From: an uncultured Acidobacteriota bacterium
Lineage (GTDB): Bacteria > Acidobacteriota > UBA6911
Length of the DNA: 64,000 nucleotides
Direction of reading: 5' to 3'
Assembly: GCA_963827655.1 (NCBI GenBank)
Contig: CAWHCF010000020.1
Location: 280,336-344,335 of the forward strand
A model generated the notes under the pieces. The model made no database searches. It had not been told where the DNA came from and worked only from the letters and a program-made list of their open reading frames with translations. Position numbers and translations under genes: made by a program. Positions 45,260-57,672 of the stretch are shown piece by piece. The stretch's first letter is position 1. Each line of letters opens with the position of its first letter.

Positions 45260-47542
45260 ATGAAATCCAAAGAGCGCTCCTCGTTTTAATCCTGATGGTC
45301 GCCGGCGCCGTGGCCTGGACGCAAACGGAATCCCGGCACTACATGTCCGCAGGCACGCGGCGGATGGCGGAACGGCTGGAAGAGCTGGCTCGAACCGCAA
45401 TACCTCCCAATCCCCCGATGACCTCCGAAAGGATAAAAAACTCTCGTCGTCAGATCGTCGAGAGTCGCGATCCGCTAAACGCCTTTGAGTTGCAGATGGA
45501 GCTGGGATACGAACTTCTCCTGGACGGCAGGAGCGAAGAAGCCGCCCATGAATTGCGTGAGGCGGAGCAGCTTCTCGTGAGGCAAAAACTTGCCGTCAAA
45601 CCGGAACTGACTCGTGTCCTGGGCCAGCTTCTGGCTGTTTCGTATCTTCGCCTGGGGGAGCAAGAGAACTGCGTTGCGCAGCACAACAGTGAGTCCTGTT
45701 ACCTCCCGATTCGCGCCTCCGGGATTCACAAGAAAGAGCGTGGTTCACGAGCGGCGATCGAAGTCTTGATGAAAGGGAATCCTGGAGACCTGAGCTCGCG
45801 CTGGCTGCTCAATCTTGCGCATATGACTCTTGGAGAATATCCCCAGCGGGTTCCTCGACAGTGGTTGCTGCCTCCGGCGATTTTCGACTCCGACTATCGT
45901 ATCGAGCGATTCCAGGATGTTGCTCCGCAGGTCGGACTGGATCTTCTGGGTTTGGCCGGCGGCGAGCATCATGGAGGATTTCGACGCCGATGGCGACCTG
46001 GATATCATGGCTTCGTCGTGTGGCTTCAGGGATCAGCTACGCTATTTCCGGAACAATGGTGACGGAACCTTCACCGAGCGCACGGCGGAAGCCGGCCTGA
46101 CAGGCGAGGTCGGGGGACTCAACATCACACATGGCGATTACAATAACGACGGCTATCCGGATGTGCTGGTTCTGCGCGGAGGGTGGCTTTTTGAGCAGGG
46201 AGAGCATCCGAATTCACTGCTGCGCAACAATCGTGATGGCACTTTTAATGATGTGACAGAAGAGGCCGGCTTGCTCACTTTTCATCCGACCCAAGCTGCA
46301 GCCTGGGGCGACTTCGACAACGATGGTTGGGTCGATATTTTCGTAGGCAATGAGTCCGACGGCAAAAAAACCCGCCCTTGCCAGCTTTTTCATAACAACG
46401 GCGACGGCACGTTTACCGAATGCGCCGACGGACTGGGAATCGCCGCGGTTGGCTACGTCAAGGGTGTGGTCTGGGGCGACTACAACAACGACGGCTGGCT
46501 GGATCTCTACGTCTCGCGGATGGGCGGCACCAATATTCTCTACAGGAATGAAGGGCCGAAGCGGAACCCGGGATCGACGGAGAATCTGGCATGGAAGGGT
46601 GGAAGTTCACAGATGTGACGAATCAGGCCGGCGTCGGGAAGCCGATTCAGAGTTTTGCCACCTGGTTCTGGGACTACAACAACGACGGCTGGCTGGACAT
46701 CTTCGTTGCCGGATTCACTCCACAATCGACCAGGTCTCTGGATGATGTCGTTGCCATCTATTCAGGGCGGCCCAGCGCCGGCCGAACGCTCCCGGCTCTT
46801 CCGCAACAATCGCGACGGGACTTTCAGCGATGTCACGCGCGCGGCAAGAATCGATCGAGTGTTGCAAATCATGGGCGCAAATTTCGGCGATCTCGATAAC
46901 GATGGGTTTCAGGATTGCTATCTGGGAACAGGCGAGCCGGATCTGCGGGTCCTTATTCCAAACCGCATGTTCCGTAACGCGGGCGGCCATTACTTTCAAG
47001 ATGTCACTACGTCAGGTGGATTCGGCCACTTGCAAAAGGGTCACGGCGTCTCGTTTGGAGATATCGATAACGACGGGGATCAAGATATTTATGAGGTCAT
47101 CGGAGGGTGGTACTCCGGAGATGTCTTCCAGAATGTTCTGTTTGAAAATCCTGGTAACCGCAATCACTGGCTCACGCTGAGACTCGAGGGAGTCCGCTCG
47201 AACCGCGCGGCAATTGGAGCGCGGATCAAGGTGACTGTGGATACGGCGGAAGGTAAGCGCGAGATTCACTCAACGGTGTCCACCGGGGGAAGTTTCGGTT
47301 CATCGAGCCTGCAGCAGGAAATCGGATTGGGGCGAGCCGATTCGCTTCGGATGATAGAAATCACCTGGCCTGCGACCGGAAGGACCGACTTGATCAGGAA
47401 TGTCGCGATGGATCAGGTGTTCAGGATTCAAGAAGGACAACCGGTTCCGATTCCTGTCAAGGTGAAACGGTTCAAGCTCGCCGGGGCCGAGCCACAAACC
47501 GGATCAGAGCGTCCTCCTCATCACCACCCTCCCTACCAATAG
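45260..47542 (+). CDS. CRTAC1 family FG-GAP/ASPIC-UnbV protein (about four frameshifts)
   Basis: YLRLGEQENC, WLLNLAHMTLG, DYNNDG repeats, MGANFGDLDNDG, GFGHLQKGHGV and SNRAAIGARIKV..GGSFG..EIGLG. Confidence 0.85.
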
Positions 47543-50500
47543 TATTTCAGCCCGAATTGAATCTCTCGCGCAGGTCCGGCGGCGAAGATCTTGCCAAACG
47601 TTGCCGGCGCCAGCACGGTGGCGGATGGGGCGCCGAAATTGGGATGGTTGAAGGCGTTAAAGAGCTCCGTGCGAAATTGCAGAGACTGCCGCTCGCCTAG
47701 TTTAAAGCTCTTGTGAATGGCGAGATCGGAATTGATGATTCCATCGGTGTTTAGAATGTTCGCGCCGGCATTGCCGAAGGCGCCGATATCGTTGGGCACG
47801 AAACAATTGGTATCGAACCACAGGTCCACCGTGCGTTCACCCGACGGCAGGTTTCCGTTGCAGACCCGGTTGGGACGATCCAGGCCGGATCCGGTGCCGG
47901 CGCGATTGGCTCCCGTGACCGCCCGGACCCAGAATCCCGACTGAAGCGAAGTGACTCCCGAGAACTGCCAGCCTCCCAGAAACCAGTCCGCCGGACCTGT
48001 GACATTCAAGAATCGCTTTCCATTGCCGATTGGAAGGCCGTAGATGAAGCTGAACGATAAGCGATGACGGACGTCGAAAACAGCATTTGCCTTCTCCGCG
48101 TTGGTGTTGAGCTCATCCTGGACGTGGACGATGCCTCCAGGGCCCCCTTCCGCGGCGGCATTCTCGATGTTGTGCGACCAGGTGTAAGCCGCCAGAAACG
48201 ATAGATCACCCGAAAAGCGTTTTTCCGCCTTCAGCTGGAGCGAATGGTAACTCGAGGCCGCGCGCGAGTCGGCGATCAGAAACTGGCCCCATAGCGGAAA
48301 GGGCCGCCGAGCCTGAATGTCCCCGGTCCCGGGCCGGGCCGCATTGAGGTTTCTCAACGCATCCAGGTGCGTCCCTTTGTTTCCTGCATACGCGACGTCG
48401 AGCGCCAGATTCTGGGTCAACTGTCTCTGCAGGCTGAAACTCCACTGTTGCACATAACCATCCACGAAGTCGTTTGAAAGCCCCAAGCCGCCCTGAGGAG
48501 CTGTCGAGATCGCCGCCGCCGGGAATGGATTGTTCAAGCTCAGGGTTGGAATAACCGGATCCGCGAAGTATCGCTCCTGAACGAAATGCGGAGGAACGAA
48601 GCTGAGCAGGAACTGGGAATTGAAGATCGCCAGGTTGTAGAAGATCCCGTACCCGCCGCGTAGGGTTGTACTCGCGCTTCCGAAGGGACGCCACGCAAAC
48701 CCAGGCGAGGTCCCCAATTGTTCGTGTCGGGAAAGTAGAGGGCTCTTTTGGCCCGGCCCGTGAAACCAGCCTGTTCCGCCTCGGGCGTGTTCGCGGACAC
48801 GAGCTTTCCTTCGGGAAAGACGCTCTTGAACTCCTTCGCCCCCGTGGTGAACGTGGCCAGAGTATCAAAAAAGTCATCAACCCAGGGCTCGCGGTATTCG
48901 TAACGGATGCCCAGGTTCAAGGTAAAGTTCGTCGTCACTTTCCAGTCGTCGTTGAAATAGAAACTATAGAATCTCGACCGCGCGTCTTGCCGCGTCTCGC
49001 CCAGAGCTCTTTCTGCCTGATTCGGGAATCCCAGCATCAGCTCCGGCAATCCATTCTGCCCTCTGGCATAGACGTTCCGGAAAATGTAGTAGCCACGGTG
49101 ACGATTCTCCGAGCGATCGTCGTTGATTCCGATATAACGGAAGTCCCCCCCCACTTTGAAAGTATGGGTTCCGCGAATGATCGTGAGATCATCGGTAACC
49201 TGGTGGACATTCTCGTGTCGTTGAACCGGCGCATAAAGCCGGTCGCCCACACTCGGAAGCCCCTGGACTGAGAACAACGGAACTCCATCCAACACCGCGG
49301 GAGGATTCGCCCCGGGGATTCCGAACGAGGCCGTCGTGCCGGCTTCTCCGAGCGTGGGAGAGGTGGCGATGTTCTTCTCCCGATTGTATCCGTATCGGAT
49401 CACGTTCAATAACACGGGACTGAAGACGTGAGTCTCGTTGAGCGCAATATTCTGCGCACGATAATCCACCGTCTCGCCGAAGCCGGGGACGTTAGTGCCG
49501 CCGCCGATTGGATTCAGTCTGTCGACGGTGTTTATGACGTATCGGACAAACAATCGATCGTTGGCTGAAAAATCGTGATCGATGCGAGCCATCGCGGAGT
49601 CCTCGTCTTGCCGGAGAGGATCGCTCGCGACATAGTTTCGCGCTAGTCCCGGCAGAATCGGGTCCGGGTAAAAAGACAGGACTTTCCGGGCCGTCGGATG
49701 GATGCGGCTATCCGGAATGATATTCCCGGGAAAGGGTTGCCCGGTCATGGGGTCGAAGATCTGGGTCGGCGTGGGCAAGCTCAACCATTCCGAGAAATTG
49801 CCGCTCTTCATCAAGGGCGTCGGCATCGTGTCGGTTACGGACTGTCCCCGCCGCATGCGCAGGCCTTCGTAATTGACGGCGAAGAAGGTCCGATCCCTAT
49901 AGATCGGCCCCCTCAACGAACCGCCAAATTGATTGCGCTTGAATTCAGGCGGCGCTCCGGGATCGAAGAAATTCCGCGCATCCAGCTCATCATTTCGAAT
50001 GAACTCGAAGAGGACTCCGTGAAAGTCATTAGTGCCCGACTGAGTGGTCAGGTTGATCTGGGCGTTGCCCAGGACGCCGTACTCCGCCGAGTATGTTGAT
50101 TGAATCATCTTGAACTCCCTGACGGCATCGACGGAGGGGAGGACCGAAACGTTCCCGGCTTGGAAACCCCTGGTTTCGATTCCATCCACCAGGAAGGCGT
50201 TATTGGCGTTCCGGCCACCTGCGTGGAACGGCGTGCTCATGGGATTGGCCCAGGTGCCACCCGCGTGCCCACCTGACCCCAGGGTCGTGGAAGTTCCGGG
50301 AGCCAATGTCGCCAGGAGATTAAACCGCCGTTCGTTTAAAGGAAGCTCGACAATGCTATGGTGCTCGACGACAGAACCCACGGTCGCATCCTGCGTGTTC
50401 AAGAGCGGAGCAATCGCTACCACTTCCACTTTTTCTGATACCTCTCCGACCTCCAGTTTGATGTCCACCCGGCCCTGGCTTTCGACACGTAAGACGACTC

Positions 50501-50780
50501 CCCGGACTTCGGCCCTCTTGAAACCCGACAGTTCTGCTATGACGACGTACTCGCCCAGCGGCAGGTAAGGAATTTCATAATACCCGCTCTCATTTGTTAC
50601 GGTGTTTTGTCTCAGGTTTGTCTCTACATTCGTGACCGTGATCGTCACACCCGGTATGATCGCCCCTGTCGGGTCGGTAACGGTTCCCAGAATCGTTCCC
50701 GTAATCCGCTGTCCAAAAACGTTTGGAACCAACGAAAGGTAGAAAATTGCCGGCAATATGGAGAACCTTGGAAGTCTCAT
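47533..50780 (-). CDS. TonB-dependent receptor, Oar-like (frameshift ~48710)
   Basis: GTILGTVTDPTGAIIPG, ELPLNER, YSAEYG, SGTNDFHG, NQFGG, DDWKV..LNLGIRYE and C-terminal REIQFGLKYYW. Confidence 0.92.
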
Positions 50781-51152
50781 ACGTTCCTCGCGGTGGCAGT
50801 ATTGAAAGATCTTTGACAGTTGGTAGCACGTACCAACTCTATGGGGGGAGGGAGCAAGCACGCCAGGGATGTGACCACAATCTATCAGCGGTGACTGGCT
50901 GTCAAGCCTAAAGTTTGCGCGAGTCTTTGGCCGCGCAACCGGCCAGGCTGACGCCGATAGTTATCAACGCTTGTGAGCGATGGGGCCTCACGGGCGAGCC
51001 TTCGGCCGTGGTTAACGGGGACGCGAGAAGAACTTTCGAGAAGCATGCCGCTCTGTCTGAATCGCAGGAAGCTACCGAAGTGGAACTACACAGTCGCTCC
51101 AGATCTGTGACATCATTACCGCGCGAGCTCGGAAACGCGAAGACACCCTCCC

Positions 51153-51824
51153 ATGGACGTGGCTGTATATACGGCGATTACAGATGGCAAAGATCAACTG
51201 CGCGACGATCAAGTCACCGAAGGAGCTGCGTTCATCGCGTATCTGGACGGCGATTATCCAACCACTCTGTGGCAAATCCGGCAAGCCTGTAGCCTGTTCC
51301 GCCATCCGAATCGGAACGCCAAGATTCACAAGGCCCTGGCGCACCAATACCTGGAGGACGCGTCCTGTTCCATCTGGATCGACGGGAATATTGCACTGAG
51401 GGTACCGGCTGCTCTTCTCGTGTCTCAATTCCTGGCAGGTTACGATCTCGCGATGTTCTCACACCCGGAGCGGGATTGCCTGTATGAAGAGGCACGGTTT
51501 TCGTGCCTCTGGGAGGTGGCCGATGTTAACGAGATGCAGGAACAGGTGGAAAACTATCTAAGGCGAGGCTTCCCAGCCAGGACCGGCCTGGTTGAGTGCG
51601 GGGTTATCGTCCGTCGTCATACGCCACAAGTTGAACGGTTTAATGAGATCTGGTGGTCAGAGATATGCCGTGGCTCTTATCAAGACCAGTTGAGTGTGAT
51701 GGTTGCCGCCCGGAAGGCCGGTGTGGAAATAAATCGCATCCCGGGCAGCATTCAGAACGTTCCCCACCTGTCGCCGCGGCGCCGGGGTAATCAATTCGTA
51801 GATTGCCGGAACCATTTGAAATGA
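51153..51824 (+). CDS. DUF616 (TOD1/MUCI70-like) glycosyltransferase-domain protein
   Basis: VYTAITDGKD, KALAHQYL..SIWIDGNI, HPERDCLYEEA, CGVIVRRH, WWSEI..DQLS. Confidence 0.85.
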   Translation: MDVAVYTAITDGKDQLRDDQVTEGAAFIAYLDGDYPTTLWQIRQACSLFRHPNRNAKIHKALAHQYLEDASCSIWIDGNIALRVPAALLVSQFLAGYDLAMFSHPERDCLYEEARFSCLWEVADVNEMQEQVENYLRRGFPARTGLVECGVIVRRHTPQVERFNEIWWSEICRGSYQDQLSVMVAARKAGVEINRIPGSIQNVPHLSPRRRGNQFVDCRNHLK

Positions 51825-51850
51825 CAGGTAACGTGGCGGCAGCGTCTATG

Positions 51851-53852
51851 TTAAAAACCGGAATCAACGGCACTCCGAGACCGCGCCCATCTCACCTTTT
51901 CGACCGCGTCTGCGAGAAAGCTCTCGATCTCTCGGACAGCATGGATGTCTTCAAATAGACGGGCCGAACGGTCCCGGATGGCCGCTCGTATCCTGGACTG
52001 GTGATTCTTGTCAGTGCCGAGGCGGACGGCGATGTCGATATACTCGGAACCACATGAGGCGACACAGTCAGGTATTCCGAGGATCTGGTAGAGGGCATAG
52101 GTTATGCGTCCGCGCAGGAAGGGAGAGGGGAGCGTGACAATGGGTGTGCCCACCGTGAACGCTTCATAACTGGTTCGCCCCCCGCCGAAATCGGGCGGAA
52201 GGAGTAATACATCAACCAGAGACGTCAACTGCATGTAGTCGTCATAGCTGAGGCGAGGAATGATCTTCACCCGATCGGTTACATCCGGTATTGCCCTGGA
52301 GAGTCTGCGGAGCAACAGGGTATCCCAATGCGGCACGTGTCCGCCGGGTAAAGCGATTATTCCTTCAGGATCGCTCCTGAGAATTCCGGCGAGAATGTCG
52401 TCGAACTCAGGGTGGAGCTTGAAGAGGCTCTGAAGGCAGCCGTATATGTGGATGCCGGCCGCGAGGCCGTAGTCGGCTCGGGTCCTGGTAAATTCCGGGA
52501 GAGGAGGCCGATAGACATAGACTCCCAGCGACTTCAACCGCACGAGCTCTTCCGTGTAATGCTGCTCTGCTCCAGCTGATTCCAGGAGATCACTCGAAAT
52601 ATAGTAGTCGATCGTGCGCAATCCACTGGTGACAGGATGTCCCCAGGTTGTGCATTGAACCGGAGCCAGGCGCGACGACGCCAGGGCGTAGACGCCCGGG
52701 TCCATTCCGATGTCCGTATAGAACAGGAGGTCCATGCGCTCGGCCGCAATTTGTTCGCGCGCGGCCGACAGAGCGCCGGGAAGCTGAACGTAGGATTCGC
52801 AGGCGTTCTTTAGAAACTCGGCGACGTAGTCCTGTTGAGGCGAAAGTGAGAAGACATGAACATGAAACCGGGTGCGGTCCAGGTTCGCAACCAGGCCGCG
52901 CCAGAGTACACCGACCGAATGGTCATTCAGATGGCTGGAGACAAATCCTACACGAATCCTGCCGTCTGAGACCCGAGGGCCATGGGAAGAAGTAAGATCT
53001 CTCGAAGCCCCGGCACACAGGTCGCCCAGCAACTCGTAAACCTCCCGGTCATTCTCTCCTTGGTAAGCCAGGAAGAATGTGACGGGCATGTCTTCCACAA
53101 GCGGATCCAGCTGGAAGCCCTGATTCAAAAGGCTCTTGATGCCGGCAATCAGGCGATTACGGTAGTGATACTTCTCCTCGGTGGATGAGCAGATGATCGG
53201 TAACACGGTTGCCGACAGATAACGGAGCGTGTTAGTCGGTGCGATGGCGAGAGCGCGCTCATAAAACGCTATGGCGTCAGCCGGCTCGCTCTTGAACTTT
53301 GAAATGGTGCCAAGATAAGTATATGCGTTGGCCAGCCGAGGATCGCGATCGATGGCCTTCAAGAAGCTTGCGTAGGCTTCGTCCAGCCTGGAAAGCTTGT
53401 AGTAGGCATCCCCAGTGACATAGTGGAGTTCTGCATCTTCGGAGTCGAGGTCCATCGCGCGGCCATAACAGGCCAGTGCCTCGTCGAGTGAGCCCTTGTG
53501 CCTCAAGAGATCACCCAGGTTCTTCAACGCGGCGAAATATCCGGGATCCAGTTCGATCGCGCGCTGGAGACTCGCGAGCGCATCGTCGTAGCGTTCGAGC
53601 GATCCGTATGCGACGGCCAGGTCGTTATGAAAATCGGCTTTCATGGGCTCGATGGAGATTGCGCGGGCAAAGCGATCGATGGCCGTCTCGGGCGTTACCC
53701 TCCATGTATTCAATCAAACCGAGCAGGTGCCAGGCCGAGGAATCAGACGGGTCGTCATCGAGGAGGGTTTGCAGGTGGGATCGCGCACGTTCCGGTTGAC
53801 TGGCCTGAAAGCAAGCCAGGGCGGATGCGAATCGATTCTTGCTATCGGACAC
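51851..53852 (-). CDS. TPR-containing O-GlcNAc transferase/SPINDLY-like glycosyltransferase (GT41) (frameshift ~53690)
   Basis: N-terminal TPRs; RIRVGFVS..HSVG, DLLFYTDIGM, RLAPVQCTTWGHPVTSG..IDY, QSLFKLHP and GGRTSYEAF..GTPIVT..RGR. Confidence 0.9.
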
Positions 53853-53899
53853 TTGACCCTCGTTCCGGTCGCCGTTCCCATGCCCTTGGCACGATGATT

Positions 53900-54571
53900 T
53901 TATGGTAGAGGAACTGGATTCTGGCCTGTCCACTTTTCCCAGAAGAGCTTCTTCTCTTTCTGATACAGCTCGTCAAGGCAGCGTCCCCCTGACTCGTGAT
54001 GCGCATATATATTGGTGGTGCCTAAAACCAGATCGGCTTTGTGACAGGACAGACAGAAATCGAGGTCATACCAATTAAAAGTGAAGCGCTCATCGAAGCG
54101 GACTGTCCCGATCTGCCTCATGTCGACGGCGAGAAACAGGCCGTCCAGAACTAAACAACGATGAGGCACCGGCCCATAGGAGGACCAGTAACTCTGGCCG
54201 GACGGCAGAGTATGTTCGACCGCTCCAGACAGATGCTCGGCAGGCAGGTCGCACCAGGTGAAGTACTCGGCGTCCCGCTGGAATGCGAACTGTGAGGAAC
54301 CGACCAGACCGGATACGGCGAAATTATCAGCAGCGTTAAGGAGCTTCTCACGCAGTAAAAGATCGTTGATCTCTACATCGTCATGCACAAAAGCAAGAAT
54401 CAAGTCCTGGCCCGCGTACTGCTCCAGGAAAGGATTGTAACTTGCCGGCAGCCCGGCCCGGTTGTTCTCGACGAAACATGATTCGGAGAAGCCCAGTCGG
54501 GTTAGAGACTGGTATAGCCGGGAGGTTTCTTTCTTCTGCCGGGTGCAGCAAACAACCAGGATGTTGGTCAT
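53900..54571 (-). CDS. GT-A fold glycosyltransferase (GT2-like)
   Basis: ASYN, AFVHDDV, GLVG, LDGLFLAV, FDERFTFNWYDLDFCL, HESGG and FWEKW. Confidence 0.85.
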   Translation of the reverse strand: MTNILVVCCTRQKKETSRLYQSLTRLGFSESCFVENNRAGLPASYNPFLEQYAGQDLILAFVHDDVEINDLLLREKLLNAADNFAVSGLVGSSQFAFQRDAEYFTWCDLPAEHLSGAVEHTLPSGQSYWSSYGPVPHRCLVLDGLFLAVDMRQIGTVRFDERFTFNWYDLDFCLSCHKADLVLGTTNIYAHHESGGRCLDELYQKEKKLFWEKWTGQNPVPLP

Positions 54572-54629
54572 CGATTTGGCGACATTCTTGGTGTCTCTTC
54601 GTGTCTTTGAGTCTTAGCGGTATACAAAA

Positions 54630-55625
54630 CTACAACTCGACCACGTGCACGAACCACTGCAGTCCGTCGGCGTCGCATTCATATGCGTGTTGAGCGCGGC
54701 ACTCCGCACCCTCATAAACCGAAACCCAGCCGCGAAGGTCCCCCGGAGGGACTCCTTGGCCCGAGAGGATTTGAACCAGATCCTGATTAAACGTATGAAC
54801 GTTTGCCTGAGTCTCACTATCACTGCGCCCCAGTTTTCCATAGTAGTCGGCAATGAAGAAGAGTCGCCCCGGCAGGATCGACCGAAGGTAACGCAGAAAG
54901 TTAATCGCTTCAGCGTTCCCGTTCCCAAAGAACTCATTCATGATGCTGCCGCCATAGACTGCCTGGATTCGATTCAATTCGGCTTCTGGCAGCAGAGTGT
55001 GCAGGTTCCGGCAGTCACCGCAGACAATCGTCGCGCGGGAAGAGAAGCCAGAGCTGCTCAGCCTGGCATTCGCGAGCCGGCACATGGCGGGGCTGAGATC
55101 GACACCCCATCCCACAAACGCCGGGGTCGAGGCGCACAGGTACTCCAGCAACATGCCCGGACCGCATCCAAGATCAAGCAGAGACGCCGCGTTCCATTGC
55201 GAAACAATGTCCGCAATCGTCGCGACTCCGTCTCGGGGGGTGGCAGCGAAGGCTTCGCCGAAAAGGTCATCGTTTACTAGAGCCTTGTCCGCTCGCTCGC
55301 TGTGAAGAATCTGATCCAGGTTTTGAAAAAGCGGGCCATACGCTCCGATGAACTTATCGATGTGGAAACCGAAATCGCCATATGGCTGACAGGTTGGGTT
55401 CACGACATAACACCCGGGAGAAACTGTGTCCAGGATGTCGCTATACGAATACAGGTAGTGCAAGAGATGTTCGAGAACATCGGAGTTCAACCCGAGCCGG
55501 GCCGAAACCTCGGCCGCAGTGGCTGGCCGTGAGAGAAGGGCCAAAATACCGAGGCGATGCAAATGGTAAACGACGGCGCCGAGGTAGTAGCCCTTGACCA
55601 GATCATGCGGTCCTGAAACGCGCAA
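54630..55625 (-). CDS. Class I SAM-dependent methyltransferase with N-terminal wHTH (ApyS-like by context)
   Basis: LLDLGCGPG, GVDLSPAM and VCGD; lies in the MNIO operon. Confidence 0.85.
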   Translation of the reverse strand: MRVSGPHDLVKGYYLGAVVYHLHRLGILALLSRPATAAEVSARLGLNSDVLEHLLHYLYSYSDILDTVSPGCYVVNPTCQPYGDFGFHIDKFIGAYGPLFQNLDQILHSERADKALVNDDLFGEAFAATPRDGVATIADIVSQWNAASLLDLGCGPGMLLEYLCASTPAFVGWGVDLSPAMCRLANARLSSSGFSSRATIVCGDCRNLHTLLPEAELNRIQAVYGGSIMNEFFGNGNAEAINFLRYLRSILPGRLFFIADYYGKLGRSDSETQANVHTFNQDLVQILSGQGVPPGDLRGWVSVYEGAECRAQHAYECDADGLQWFVHVVEL

Positions 55626-55656
55626 CTTGCGGAGTCCTACTGATTACAGAGGTATG

Positions 55657-56515
55657 CTACGTCGCTCGACACAGACCGCTCTGGAATGCAGTCACGAAAA
55701 AAGACCGGACTTCCTCGGGCGTGATCTCCGGTTTTGCGGCCGCTGTCAAGCGCCGGATTATTTCGCCAATTGTGCGACTTCCGGTGATCTCCTGCAGGAC
55801 CGTTAAAACGCCGTAATCAAGCCGAAAGAGACGAACCGACACGCTGCCGGGGTTCCCCCAGTAGCCCCAAATACCGGCGTCTTTGCAAAGACGACTGGAA
55901 TCGAATGCGGACTTTGCAATCTGGTTGGCGATCTCGAGCGGATCGTGCTCGAAAACGCCCACGCGGAAGACGCCGTTCATACGAGGTACCAATTCGTCCA
56001 GATCACCCAAGGCCCGCTCCGGCGGCGTCTCGTCGGTCGATCCAGCGCCGGACGCTGGCGGTTGCGTTCCGGCCGATTCGGCTCGCTTCCCACATGAGCC
56101 ATTCGTGATTCAGGATATCCTCGAGACCCGGTGCGCTATCAGGGGGAAGAGAGGCCAGATATGTCTTCAGAAATGCGACGAAGGCCCGGACCTTTTCTCT
56201 CTTCCCGGGATTTGCAGCCCGCATGCGCTGATGAGTCTCGCGATACGCGCTAAAGACCGGTAGCTCCAGGTCATAGTGGCGGAGCAGAGTATGGGTTTGC
56301 GCCATTTCCGCAATGACGTCGTGATTCTGTATCTTTGTGATAAATCCGGCAAGATATCGGATCCGCCTCAGATCGAGGCTGAGAAAACCACGCTGTTCCT
56401 GTTCATCCAGAGCGTATTCTTTCAGGGTCTCTTCCGTGTTCGAAGCCAACGCATCCAGGAATCGCGGATCCAGTATACACCGGGCTATGATCGAGTTGAC
56501 GGTCGCGGTGCTCAT
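55657..56515 (-). CDS. MNIO partner protein with probable C-terminal RRE (ApyI-like by context) (frameshift ~56030)
   Basis: ATG overlaps the MNIO stop. The C-terminal piece LFRLDYGVLTVLQEITGSRTIGEII..VRSFF..GL has a PqqD/RRE-like pattern. Confidence 0.7.
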
Positions 56516-57381
56516 CCCGGCATGCCTCTTTGAACCACACGGCGCACTCGATCCACCTCATCCACAAGAACACTCTCAACCATGGCCGAGGGCCAGTTAT
56601 ATTCCAGGGTCACTGCCCGGACCTTTCCTCGCTCCAGCACCAGCGGCAACATCTGAAGGATTGGATCAGGAACCGGGCTGGCATGATTGTCCCAGTGAAT
56701 ATCGGCCTGGCAGTCCACGCCCGAGACATGCACTTCGACGACTCGCTCGAGCGGATACTTCAAGAGTTCCCGGCGCGGATCGAAATCGAAATTTCTTGAC
56801 GTTATGTAGAGGTGCGTGAGGTCGAGGAGCAGATTAGCGGAAGTCTGTCCACAGATCGAGCTTATGAAATCGGCTTGCGACATCGTCGTTCCCGGCGGGA
56901 GGAAATAAAGAGGCGGATTTTCGAGAAGCAGGGGGATGCCGAAATGACGCTGGCACGCGTCTACCGATTCCACCACCATGGTGATGGTTTCCTCGTTCAT
57001 CGGCGGGCTTACTGTATACCCGATATTATAGGGCTCTCCAGGGGCGTACTCGTCCCAGTGGCTGGAAGCGCCCGGCTTCTCGGCTGTAATAAAAGAAAGA
57101 TGTTCCCCCAGCCAAGGCGTCTCGGTCCGGTCAATCCACTCGAATATCTGCTGAATAGTTGTAAGGGGCGGGCGCGCTGAGCCGGCGATCGACATACTGG
57201 CGCAATGCAGGATGAACGGCTTGTATTGTTTCAAGTCGATGATTGAAGGGTCATGACGCAAGAGTTCAAACGGGACTTCCAGGTAATCAGCTGAGGCAGG
57301 GTTCCTTTTGATGAGTGACTCGGCCCCCCGATTGTAGGCCAGGCCAATAAGCGGCGAACTTTCTGCAAGAGGCGCCCACAC
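56512..57381 (-). CDS. DUF692 multinuclear non-heme iron oxidative enzyme (MNIO)
   Basis: DYLEVPFE, ILHCASMS, WLGEHLSF, LLLENP, LLLDLTHL, EVHVSG, DNH and VTLEY. Confidence 0.93.
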   Translation of the reverse strand: MWAPLAESSPLIGLAYNRGAESLIKRNPASADYLEVPFELLRHDPSIIDLKQYKPFILHCASMSIAGSARPPLTTIQQIFEWIDRTETPWLGEHLSFITAEKPGASSHWDEYAPGEPYNIGYTVSPPMNEETITMVVESVDACQRHFGIPLLLENPPLYFLPPGTTMSQADFISSICGQTSANLLLDLTHLYITSRNFDFDPRRELLKYPLERVVEVHVSGVDCQADIHWDNHASPVPDPILQMLPLVLERGKVRAVTLEYNWPSAMVESVLVDEVDRVRRVVQRGMPG

Positions 57382-57497
57382 GGCTTACGTCCCCAGGGTT
57401 TCTGACAGCGGCCGGTCGGGCCGTCGAGAATTTCGCGTAATGGTGGAAAAGTCCGACTGACGATCCGTCCGGTTCGAACGAATCACGGAAGACAACA

Positions 57498-57650
57498 CCA
57501 GCAAGCCACGAACTCTTTGCGGCAGGTAACCGTCAGGCCGCGGGCTCTCTCGTTCTAGTGGATATCCGGTTGAAGCGGCAGTGGCTTGCTGGCTATCTCG
57601 CTCGAGTAGTTCCTGCCCGAGCTTCGGAAGGCATCGAGTCGGCGAACTAC
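57498..57650. promoter_or_regulatory. Structured intergenic RNA between precursor and MNIO
   Basis: Perfect 12-bp inverted repeat CCAGCAAGCCAC (57498-57509) / GTGGCTTGCTGG (57581-57592). Second stem GTAGTTC (57606-57612) / GAACTAC (57644-57650). Confidence 0.5.
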
Positions 57651-57672
57651 AATTCCATGAACCTGTACAGCG

